This document shows, piece after piece, positions 1-9,569 of a DNA stretch of 64,000 nt. The stretch comes from Eremomyces bilateralis CBS 781.70 (Eukaryota), in NCBI GenBank assembly GCA_010015585.1, contig ML975151.1. The stretch is one strand, 5' to 3'. Position numbers and translations under genes: made by a program. Each line of letters begins with the position of its first letter. Position 1 is the stretch's first letter. A model generated the notes under the pieces. It was given only the letters and a program-made list of their open reading frames with translations. It was not told the origin of the DNA and did no database searches.

Positions 1-728
1 GTGGTGCTATAGGCATCGTGGACGAGATCTCTGGCGATGTCCATGGTCTCTCGTCGCCGTTTTCGAACGCTCGCCTTGCTTCGCATGGGAAATATGGACA
101 CAAAATGTGTTCAATAATAGATATTTGTGTGAATACCGACCGAGAAAGGCGTTATATGACATCCAATGGGTGTTTTCCAGGCTCATTCGACCGTAAGCTC
201 CGGAACGATGGCTGGATGGTGATTTCGGTGTGGTCTAGTTCATCACATATTAGCGTTTTTCACCCGACACAAGCATGGACATGTAAAAAAAAATCAATTA
301 CGAGATAGAGCATACTTTAATACACAATCGATCAGATTTTGGAGTACATACGACGTGTTTTGATGTGGTTATTAATGGATCGTGATTTTGTCAAATCCGC
401 AGAGATACATACAAACCACATACAAAATTTATGCAGAGCAGTGCGCGTCATTGACAGAATCCTCAGGCTATTTACCAGAGGAGTAGTTAAAGTAACGTGA
501 CCTTTTACAAAAAAGGTTAGACTCCCCTGAGAAATAGCCTGAGCTTGCTGAGGTAACTTTGCGCGACGTGCCTCGCCACGTCACGTGCTGCTATAATTGG
601 ACCCCTATCCCGAATTCACGATCCTTCCGGCCAACAAACTTGATCTCGCATCCTCCTCACCTTCTAAGTGTAGGCTCTTAAGTGTAAGCGTACGAGTGGA
701 GCACTGTCCTCCGCCAAGTTTCGTAGTG

Positions 729-2780
729 ATGGCAGTCGAAGAAGAAACTATAGCGCCCCGCTCGATCCATGCCCGTATCGCAGCCCTCAACATCAACCAA
801 GTCGGCACCCCAATTCCCAATGCTGGCGCGAGGGGCGGACACTCCATCGCGAAGGCCGCCGGTGGGAAGAAGCCGCCTCCGCCTCCTCTCCCGCCCAAAC
901 GACATGAACAATCACCTCGATCCGAATCGGCAGATATCCCGTTAAAGAGCAATGGAGTGGCCACCGCCCGGAGAATTGGACACGGCACCGTTCCGGCGAG
1001 GCAAACTCCCCTCGAAATCCTCCCTCCACCCGGCGTGAGTTCCCAGAACGGCGCAGCAGAATTGAAACCGGCACTGCCACGGCGTCCGCAAAAGTCTCCC
1101 ACGGCAGAACAGCCACCATCACTCCCTGCTCGTCGGCCATCCGAGGCACCCTCGAGCAGACGAGCATCGATTGAGTCCACGTGCTCCGCCGTGTCAGGAA
1201 AGTCCTCCCTTTCCAGCATCGCACGGGCAAATGGAAGCGTGGAATCACTGGCGTCGACCACATCCGGACGAATTAAGGCCCCTCCATATGATCCTTCGAC
1301 GCTTCCCCCCTTGCCGGAGAAAAGGGCGAAAGACGAAGGCAATAAGCCTGCGTTACCGAATAGGCGGAGCACAAGCAGGCTGGCGGTGGAAGACACCGAG
1401 GAGAGGCCCCCGTTGCCATCGCGAACGAGAACCGCGCCGGGCGGAAACGCCAGCGATAATAGCAGACCTAGCTTACCCAAACGATCAGCTCTCGACTGGG
1501 CTATGAACAAAGACGCCGAAACTCCTCCCCAACTACCGCGCAGGGGACAGAATGGCAACTCTGCCGCTCCGCCCCCAATCCCACTCTCATCTCGTCCCGA
1601 CCTGGGCGAGCTGAACAAGACCAAACCACATCTCAACGGCGCGTCCAACGGCGCCTCAGCGCTGGATAATTCGAAAGCGCGCTGCCTCATCTGTCGCGAC
1701 TTCCAGGCGGTGGACGAACACGCGGCTCGCTTCCCACGCCAATCAATCCCATCCAACGATATGAAATGGCTCGCACATCAGCTTACGTCCCCGTTTCCGG
1801 CTCACGTCGACAAAGCGCGTGCGATTTTTACTTGGACCCACCACAATGTCGAATACGACTGCAAGGCCATCATTGACAAGAGCACCCGAGCTCCTATGAC
1901 CGCGGAGAACACCATCGCTCGCGGCCTGGCGGTTTGTGAAGGTTACGCAAACGTGTTCCACGACTTGGGGGTGGCCGCGGGCCTGGAAGTCGAGAAGGTG
2001 AATGGACATGGCAAAGGGACCGGCTATGCTGGGGCGACGGCAGATCGGATTCCGCCCCCCAACCCATCTGGTCACGCGTGGAACGCGGTCAAGATCGAGG
2101 TGAACCCCGAGGTCGGTCCGTCAGCGGGGATGTATTGGAAGCTAATCGACCCGTGTTGGGGGGCGGGTTCGGTGAACAATTATCATGAAGGCTACATCAA
2201 GGGGTTCAAACCCGCGCATTTCATCATGTCCAACGACGAATTCGGCATCAAGCATTTCCCCGCGGACGAGCGTTGGTTCTGCCGCTCGGACGGCCGCCCG
2301 TGGACGTGGGAGCAGTACATTCTCAGCGATGTGGGCAAGAAGGATGGCCCGAAAACGTGGAGCTTCGAGCACGTCGAGCCCGGGATGGACGATCGCACCT
2401 TCCAGCCGACGACGGGCAAAATCCCCCTCCACGACCCGAACGGCGGGCCGACGGTCCGGTTCGCGGTGCGACGCAAGTGCCCGCATTGGGACCCCCTCAC
2501 GAACGGCATCGGGAAGTCATACCTCTTCTTGGTGAAGGTCGGGGATCGGCCCGGTTACCTGCAAGATCAGCTGCCGATGAAGCACGATGGGTACAACTGG
2601 TGGCTGGACGTGCCGCGGCGGGAGCTGGGGAAGCCGGGGGAGCTGGTCGATATTCGGACCGTGGGCACGATGGGCGAGAAAGACGGGAAAGGTTTGACAG
2701 AGGATGAGTTTTATCGCCTGATGAAGAGTTCAAGCGGCATCACCTTTAACTCCATCCTGGCGCAGTGGGAGTTGGTCTAA
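729..2780 (+). CDS. Transglutaminase-like (kyphoscoliosis peptidase/Cyk3-type) domain protein with long proline-rich N-terminus
   Basis: Intronless ORF, first ATG at 729 (MAVEEE). Cys-His-Asp motifs AVCEGYA, GHAWNAV and LIDPCWGAG, plus ARAIFTWTHHNVEYD. The N-terminal half carries many PPLPxR/PALPxR motifs. Confidence 0.85.
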   Translation: MAVEEETIAPRSIHARIAALNINQVGTPIPNAGARGGHSIAKAAGGKKPPPPPLPPKRHEQSPRSESADIPLKSNGVATARRIGHGTVPARQTPLEILPPPGVSSQNGAAELKPALPRRPQKSPTAEQPPSLPARRPSEAPSSRRASIESTCSAVSGKSSLSSIARANGSVESLASTTSGRIKAPPYDPSTLPPLPEKRAKDEGNKPALPNRRSTSRLAVEDTEERPPLPSRTRTAPGGNASDNSRPSLPKRSALDWAMNKDAETPPQLPRRGQNGNSAAPPPIPLSSRPDLGELNKTKPHLNGASNGASALDNSKARCLICRDFQAVDEHAARFPRQSIPSNDMKWLAHQLTSPFPAHVDKARAIFTWTHHNVEYDCKAIIDKSTRAPMTAENTIARGLAVCEGYANVFHDLGVAAGLEVEKVNGHGKGTGYAGATADRIPPPNPSGHAWNAVKIEVNPEVGPSAGMYWKLIDPCWGAGSVNNYHEGYIKGFKPAHFIMSNDEFGIKHFPADERWFCRSDGRPWTWEQYILSDVGKKDGPKTWSFEHVEPGMDDRTFQPTTGKIPLHDPNGGPTVRFAVRRKCPHWDPLTNGIGKSYLFLVKVGDRPGYLQDQLPMKHDGYNWWLDVPRRELGKPGELVDIRTVGTMGEKDGKGLTEDEFYRLMKSSSGITFNSILAQWELV

Positions 2781-3953
2781 GGCGTTTGAATCCGCCGAAC
2801 TGGCTGGTTCGATCCGAACGGGTAGTTTCCAACGACAGCACAGCATGAGAATCTGACGTTCCTACGATGACATTACGAGCGTTGAATAGATACCACTCTT
2901 TGTTGGAGTTATGGCGCAATGTACGGTTCGATTTTTTGCTCAATACTAATGGCACCGCATTTGACATCAAGAACCGTGTAGCCGTGCCCTCACAACTGAA
3001 GTCTGAGGCCAACGGAAAGCTCGGGACGGCGATCTCTGGGACTCTAGCTGATCAATCTTTGAATAGTGGGGAGGAGTCTCTAAAAATCGTGCATTTTATT
3101 AGGATTATAGTCATTTATGCCTATGGAGCCATTACCAAGCATTCTCCGCCTCAATCCGATTGGAATCGGACCCCTTCAACGGTCGATTTGTCGTGATGAT
3201 AAGATGCTCGACATTATTAATAATTTTCCGTCTAAGGAATCCGATCCAGGAATCCGACTGTCTGAATTCGCTGGAATAGGAAATCAAGGAAAAGAAAAAA
3301 AATCTCGTCGAATCCGAGCATGAAGTTACTGATACGTAGATCATCTCCACTGAAGCAGGAGTGGCGCAGTCACCAGGAAAGCCACCAGCTTCGGTCCAAT
3401 GTAGGCATCAGGCTTCGACTGGCGTTTCCATTGGTAACTCAATGGGCGATTCTCGCTCCCCCCAGGCATAAACACGACTTAATTATACGAGGAAATCGTC
3501 CGATGACTCTGGACTGGTTGATGGATGACCGATATTAGGCCAGGGCTGATGCACGATCTCCAGTCGCTCAGTCAGCACCGCCCGGTTTAGGTACGTGTAT
3601 CTCCACCATCGGCACGCGACACCTCGCGAAGTGACGATCGGATGGGCTAGTTACGAATCTCGGATCCTTTCGCTGTGCCTACAATCCGGATTAATCCCGG
3701 ACCTGGTCTGACGAGGTCGAAAAACATGGGGAAGCGAGCTCTCGTGCCTTGAATCCTTCAGGAATTTGCCGTTGCGCCCACTGCGTTTGATATCCTGGTT
3801 ACCTACTGACTATTCATCAAGTTCGATTCTTAAGTCCTTCGCATATAGTTATTTGTTTGTTCTTCGCCTTCATGTTAAATTATCGAGCAGTTATGATCTC
3901 TGCGTCTTTAATCACAGCCTAGGAAGTCTGTCGGTGCCTCAGTCGCTACCATT

Positions 3954-5297
3954 ATGACCGTCAAAGGTCTGACTCAGATCCCGCATCTTCATCTTCGATC
4001 GTATCACTACCTCGGCCGGCGAAGAAGGATTGCCATTCTAGTTATTGGCGCTTTGGTCCTAATTACGCTCTTTTCCCCAGCTGTTCCCCAGCTGAGGGGA
4101 TACCCGCTGAAATGGCTCCCGACAAGCTTCGAGTCGTTGCACGAGAATCTGGAAAACCTCGCGCTACCACATCCATTCCGTTTTTGGTCGGGCGGCGAGG
4201 ATGGTCTAGATGTGGACGGCCGGTATCTGTTCCAGAAGAATTTAGCGGCCGGGCAGGAGGGGAGCATTGGATTATATTGGGACAAGGAAACTGATGAGAC
4301 GGTTGCCATCAAGACGTTCACCAGCCGGCATCGAAACCCCATTCCGCTCGAGATCCAGGAACGTTTTATGACCGCGACGGCTCAGATTTCGCACTGGCCT
4401 ACCGAGATCGAAGCTGGACTTCTGCTCTCTCATCTATACCGGTCGTCTCCCCCAGATATCATTGACGGCTCGTCGCCCGCGGCGGTTCCCTTCACGACGC
4501 CTCGTGATTACTTCGTCATCGAATATCCATATCGATACCCAGCGAAATCCCCGGTCTGGCATATGGTGACTTCATATCTTCCCAGCGGCTCCCTCAAGCA
4601 GTTCATGAGGACAGCCCGCTCCCGAGACCGGTCGATGTCCATATCGGAATACGAGCGACTGCTCCGTTCGACCGTGTTCAAAGATCTGTTCTCGAACCTC
4701 CAGTGGCTACACGACACAGGCTACTGCCACAATGACATTAAGCCGTCCAACATCTTCGTCGAGGCCGGATTCTCCGAGGACGAGGACATCCCAAGCCGCC
4801 TCCTACTCGGCGACCTCGGCAACGTCCGCGAGATCGATCATCCGTATTACAGGTCGACGATCTGGGGACCGGAGAGGAACCAGTGGGTCGATTGCATCGC
4901 GAACGACGTGCGGCGGTTGCTAAAGAGCTATCTGTTCTACTTGCGGGAGACCGTCGATCGCGACTGGTTTGATTTCGAGCTGTATGCCGAGCGCGAGGAG
5001 TGGAGCCGGCTGTACTGGAGCTTTATCAGGAGTCCTGGCGATGTGCGCCATTTGAGAAACCTAGAGCGAGATATCCAATCGCCTTCTCTAATTTTCTCCG
5101 CAAAATCCTTTGCCGAGCCTGAAAGCGATGTCGACCTCGATCAACTCTCTTTGCGAGAAAGAGAAATTCTCGACGCATCGGTTGCTCGAGAGTTGAAATG
5201 CAACAGCCTTGGAATCAATTTCCTCGACTGGTGGCGACTCGGTGGTTTCTGGCAGCCGTACGTGCTGGAAGATAACAGTCGAAGGAGGCATATTTGA
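3954..5297 (+). CDS. Atypical protein kinase-like protein with N-terminal membrane anchor
   Basis: 447-aa intronless ORF. RRRR is followed by hydrophobic IAILVIGALVLITLF. Kinase motifs AAGQEGSI, VAIK, HNDIKPSNIF and LLLGDLG. Confidence 0.8.
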   Translation: MTVKGLTQIPHLHLRSYHYLGRRRRIAILVIGALVLITLFSPAVPQLRGYPLKWLPTSFESLHENLENLALPHPFRFWSGGEDGLDVDGRYLFQKNLAAGQEGSIGLYWDKETDETVAIKTFTSRHRNPIPLEIQERFMTATAQISHWPTEIEAGLLLSHLYRSSPPDIIDGSSPAAVPFTTPRDYFVIEYPYRYPAKSPVWHMVTSYLPSGSLKQFMRTARSRDRSMSISEYERLLRSTVFKDLFSNLQWLHDTGYCHNDIKPSNIFVEAGFSEDEDIPSRLLLGDLGNVREIDHPYYRSTIWGPERNQWVDCIANDVRRLLKSYLFYLRETVDRDWFDFELYAEREEWSRLYWSFIRSPGDVRHLRNLERDIQSPSLIFSAKSFAEPESDVDLDQLSLREREILDASVARELKCNSLGINFLDWWRLGGFWQPYVLEDNSRRRHI

Positions 5298-5428
5298 ATG
5301 GGAGGCAGCCATATTATTTGGAGGCCATCCTTTTCAGGCCTCGTGAGATGTTTCTCTCAGTATGAATACCTTGAATACTCCCTAGCATATCACTTTGGTT
5401 AGTCATGCCTTCAGCCGTCTAAGCAGCA

Positions 5429-6232
5429 CTAGCAGGCGAGTTGATATGGGGTTTTCCATTCGATTCCTGGGGTATTCAAGGGACATGAGATGTCAGGCTC
5501 ATACATGGTAACCACGATGTCTCCGGAGTGGATACGACGCAATGCACGGCAGATTTCAATTTGCTCTTCCCTCACGAAACCTTTCTTCCAAGCCAACTGC
5601 TTCTCATCTTGAGGAGGTCTTCGTGGCATGGATGGACGTCATCCCGCAGAGATTGGCTTAGATTGTCTGAGTGTTCTCTTTCATATGGATCTTGGGGTGG
5701 AACGCTTCGAATCACAGGCAATGGTTGACCCTTCTCCTAGGAGAATAAAGAGTTCGTTGGCGTCAACTCGTACTGACGATCCTGGAAACCATAGAACCGG
5801 CTCTTAATATCCGCGAACCACAATGTCCGAAACAAAACTCTGAAACCAGACCAGTCAGGATCCCAGGAAGGCAATCCGATACCTCCTCTTAGAGGGCTAG
5901 TGAAGCGAGATCCTTGAAAGAAATCAGGATCCCGAAAGCACGTAATGTTTAATGTCTTGTTAGATATCCCGTTTTTATAACATAATATATAATACTCTTG
6001 CAAGGAGGATATGGTGCGGTGGACAGTGGACAGAGGAGTGGAAGTCTTGGGAGTCTGTTTTGGTACCGTATCTGTACTGTATCGTACGTACTACCCATTC
6101 AGAAACGCAATGGAAGGGATATACTCTTCTCACATATGGTTGAATCCAGTATGACCGTACAAAGTCCTCGAATCGAGACCCCAAGTCTACGTCTGACAAT
6201 GGGTGCATCATCAATTCATCCAGCGACTCCAC
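5429..6232 (-). pseudogene. Probable degenerate HET-6-like (heterokaryon incompatibility) gene remnant
   Basis: Three broken minus-strand ORFs in order: FVRSYWIQ, LPSWDPDWS (compare LPSWVPDW of HET-6-like proteins) and KKGFV...SGDIVVTMY (compare the GDxVxVL C-terminal motif). They are separated by stops and frame changes. Confidence 0.4.
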
Positions 6233-7206
6233 AAGATCAGGGATGGTGATTGTTACATGTGCTACCCGCGCTGAAAATCCTTTCCATATCTCTCAAGTCT
6301 TCCACTCCACTCATAGAACCAACCCATCCTCCGCTACCTGATGATGCCCGCACATGGCTGACCCGACCGAAAGGGTCGCCAGTGGTCGCCGTCACACAGC
6401 AGGAACGATAACGACGGTGACACGTTACATCGATCGCCATCGGACCCTTGAGATCCGAGTGCAGTTCAACGGTTTCGTTCCTCTAACACCCGACGTTGTG
6501 CGACGCCTGGGAGCGCACACTGTACAGGACCATTCGGCGATATCGGGCAGCTTGCTCACTCATCGCCGGAAGTGGTGAAGCGGGCGAGAGTGAGGGTGGC
6601 GATGGGCTGACAATGACTTTAAATCGGAAGGACGAGCGCATCTTCGTTTCTCTACCCCCCATGCATCCCTTCTGAGCTCTTGCAGTCCGGTCGTCAGCGC
6701 CGTTCGGAGTCGCCATGGTTGACCATGTCCAGATCTGTCCCGCCTTGACTCCAATGGGATATTTGAAACTGTGGACAAAGGAAGGGGTGTAGATCACGGA
6801 CGCGCGCGTGGGAGGTTTGAGAAAGGATCCTCATTCCTCGGGCGCTTTGAAATCACCGGGACACAGCCAGCGGGGAGGTGGCTCTTCACGCCTTGGGTTC
6901 GCGAGCCTCATATGGAGAACGATCTCTGGTTTCGCTGGTGGTGCAGGGACACCGCAGAATGATTTGAGCAGCACGCTCTGTCTTGTACAAGTATCGTGTA
7001 AGGAACAGCCCGTAGTCTGTACAGCCATGTACATCAATGTTACCTTACTAAGAAATAGCCTCAGTAATAGCCTGTATCTCGAACCTTTGACCCCGCTCCG
7101 CGGAGGATCATGATTAGCATCAGATCCCCTCCCAGCCCATAAGACAAACCTTAGCCAATCAGATCATATGTACAAACACACAGTGGTACTGTTCTAACTC
7201 TTCTGG

Positions 7207-7240
7207 ATTAGCGCAAGTATTAGCGCACGTATTAGCGCCC
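7207..7240. repeat. Short 12-bp tandem repeat (ATTAGCGCA.GT, about 3 copies)
   Basis: attagcgcaagt attagcgcacgt attagcgccc read directly. Confidence 0.7.
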
Positions 7241-8795
7241 AGAGACTAGAAAAGCGCTTGGACCCTCGGACCCTTTTGACACCAAGGCCCGTCCCAACGG
7301 GAAAGCGCCGTCAAAAGCGCCACCGATGAAATTTCGGGTAAACCGCATAGTTGACGTCATTAATATGGGGTATTAATGTACAGAAACCGAAGAGCATGGC
7401 TGCTGCATAGCACCACACAGTGACTGCACAAAGTCTTGTGCTGTTGTTGCAGGATCATCAGATTCCTCCCCGCTTCGAAATTCGGATGAATGATGGCGAC
7501 ATGGCGTTAAGTTGTTACGGTGGAGTTAGGTATTAGGTTTCTCTTTGCTTTTAGCCGTGAGCAGTGAGCACTGATGGAGCGGATATCTCATGGATCCTGG
7601 CGATCGACCGTGTTAGCGTAGAGGGAGCTCTCGGGTTACGGCCTATAGGCAACGCTGAAAGAGAAAGAATTAAGAAACGATAGGAGACGCAATCGGATCT
7701 GATGCCTTATCGGAGTTATCGCTGATTGCAAAACTGGGCCCCGGGAATGGATGGGTGAGCAGATTGATGCTATCTGGAATGTGCAATGTGCTACAGTACT
7801 GATTGGAATTCGGAATCCAAGCGCCTTGAATGTGAGCCCAACTCCCAACAGAGCAGATGATCCTTCGATTCAGACCACCAGGATGTGTGGGTGCTGGAAC
7901 TACCGTACTCAGCCTCGTTGTGAAGAACGGTCGCGGGGGAAAGACCCTGAAAATCGACGATCGGAGTGAGATCGCCAGCGCAATACGGGAGGATTACGCC
8001 ACTACCTTCTAAGTATAGGCACTCATGCCGTTGTATAGTGAGCACCAGTGTATATCGATCTACAGGCCACAGTCTACAGTTTTTACCGCAGCTGGGCACC
8101 ATGGAAAGGAAAGGGAGGTCTGTACGACTGATGGGCCTCCCAACGCCCCAGAAAGGGTCCGATCATCGAAATCGAGGCATCGGAAATTTTCAGCAATCAC
8201 TTTCAACGAGTGCGAAGGATTCTGATGTTGGACATGATGGAATAGTGATGCGAATTGATGATGTACAATACATCTGTCGAGTGTAAAGGAACCGTCGCCG
8301 GTTCTCTCAACACGTCATCGTGGGTTGGATGTTCTAATGGCAGAGTAATGCTAGGGTATGATAGGAAATAGGCATGATAACGCCGACGCTATGGGTACAT
8401 GATGAGAGCCGTCCTAGCGACTTTCGTGTCCGCTCTGGTGACGATGGGTATCAATCTCGAGGTCTCCGCTCTCCGCTCCGACTCTTCAAGAATAAAAACC
8501 GCTAGGTACGAAGAAAGGACATGCGATGCCATGGGGTTTCGATGGCGCGGAAATGATACGCGATGTAGGGGAATGCGTTTCGCCGAACCCGCGCTTGCGC
8601 TTGTAGATAGGGCACGCCGAATGCCGCTCGAGGGAATATCGGTCATGACAGGATAGGTGACGAGGAAGCCGTCCTTATGATCGGTGCCAGCATGGAGAGC
8701 TTTTGTATCCCGTTCCAATGCCATTCAATCTCGCTTGCCTCCCTCAATGCAGTCCGAGAAACCCTATCAACATCCTTCGCTCTTGACACCGAGTG

Positions 8796-9569
8796 TCATC
8801 CTCCCTCCCCTTCCCGCCTCGTCCCTGCACTCAAATAATCCCCCCCCTTCATCTCCCCCTCCAACTCCAACGGCGTCACCGGCCCCGGACTCCCCGCCAA
8901 CGGCACCAACTTCGGACTGACCGGCCTGCCCGACGGCCCCGCCGCGAACGCCATCCCCGTCATCATCGGGAACGGCGCGCCGCCGTACGCGTGAAACGGG
9001 GAGCTCGGCGCGCCGCCGCTCGGTTGTCGGGTGGTCGGGGGTCGGGGGCTCTGTGAGGCGAGGAGCTCGCGCTGGTAGGCGTAGAGGGCGCGTTGGGCGT
9101 CGGAGTGGGGGCGTTGGGAGGTGGTGCGGGGGGAGGGGGGCGGTTGGGGAATGGGAGGGGGATTGGAGGGTGTGGAGTTGGTGGTGGTGGAGGGAAAGTT
9201 GGCGGGGTGGAAGCGAGGGAGGTTAGGGAGGGCGAGGGAGGGAGGGTTGGGGTGGGTGGTTGCTGAGGGGTTGGTGGACGGTGCGGTGGTGTAGGTGGGA
9301 TGGGAGGTGTATGAAGAGGTGTTGGTCGGTAGGGCAGGTCGAGCGCGTGCGCCGCGGCGTGGTGGTGAGTCCATGGTTGATAATTGCGAGGAGCGGTCGT
9401 CAGATGAGGGAGAGGTAGTGAAACGGTCGTGGTTGGAATCTGGTGTGGATGGCGACCGGTTCGTGGGTGAGGGGACGAGGGTTGATGTGGATGACGATGT
9501 GGAGGTCGATAACCTACCGAGTGTCTCGGTGGTCGAGCCGTCTATGTCGTAGGAACGGGTCGCAGACAT
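8796..9569 (-). CDS. Ser/Pro/Thr-rich low-complexity fungal hypothetical protein
   Basis: Long ORF with islands LPRFHPANF, SDAQRALYAYQRELL and PVSPKLVPLAGSPGPVTPLELE. The start is uncertain (ATG 9569 or 9374). Confidence 0.65.
   Translation of the reverse strand: MSATRSYDIDGSTTETLGRLSTSTSSSTSTLVPSPTNRSPSTPDSNHDRFTTSPSSDDRSSQLSTMDSPPRRGARARPALPTNTSSYTSHPTYTTAPSTNPSATTHPNPPSLALPNLPRFHPANFPSTTTNSTPSNPPPIPQPPPSPRTTSQRPHSDAQRALYAYQRELLASQSPRPPTTRQPSGGAPSSPFHAYGGAPFPMMTGMAFAAGPSGRPVSPKLVPLAGSPGPVTPLELEGEMKGGDYLSAGTRREGEGG

Noticed and set aside
605..1756. 383-aa antisense ORF over the transglutaminase-like gene, and similar shadow ORFs over ARP2, SFA1, DBP5 and BZZ1
   Set aside because: Explained by GC-rich codon usage of the real genes on the other strand or frame; no recognisable motifs.
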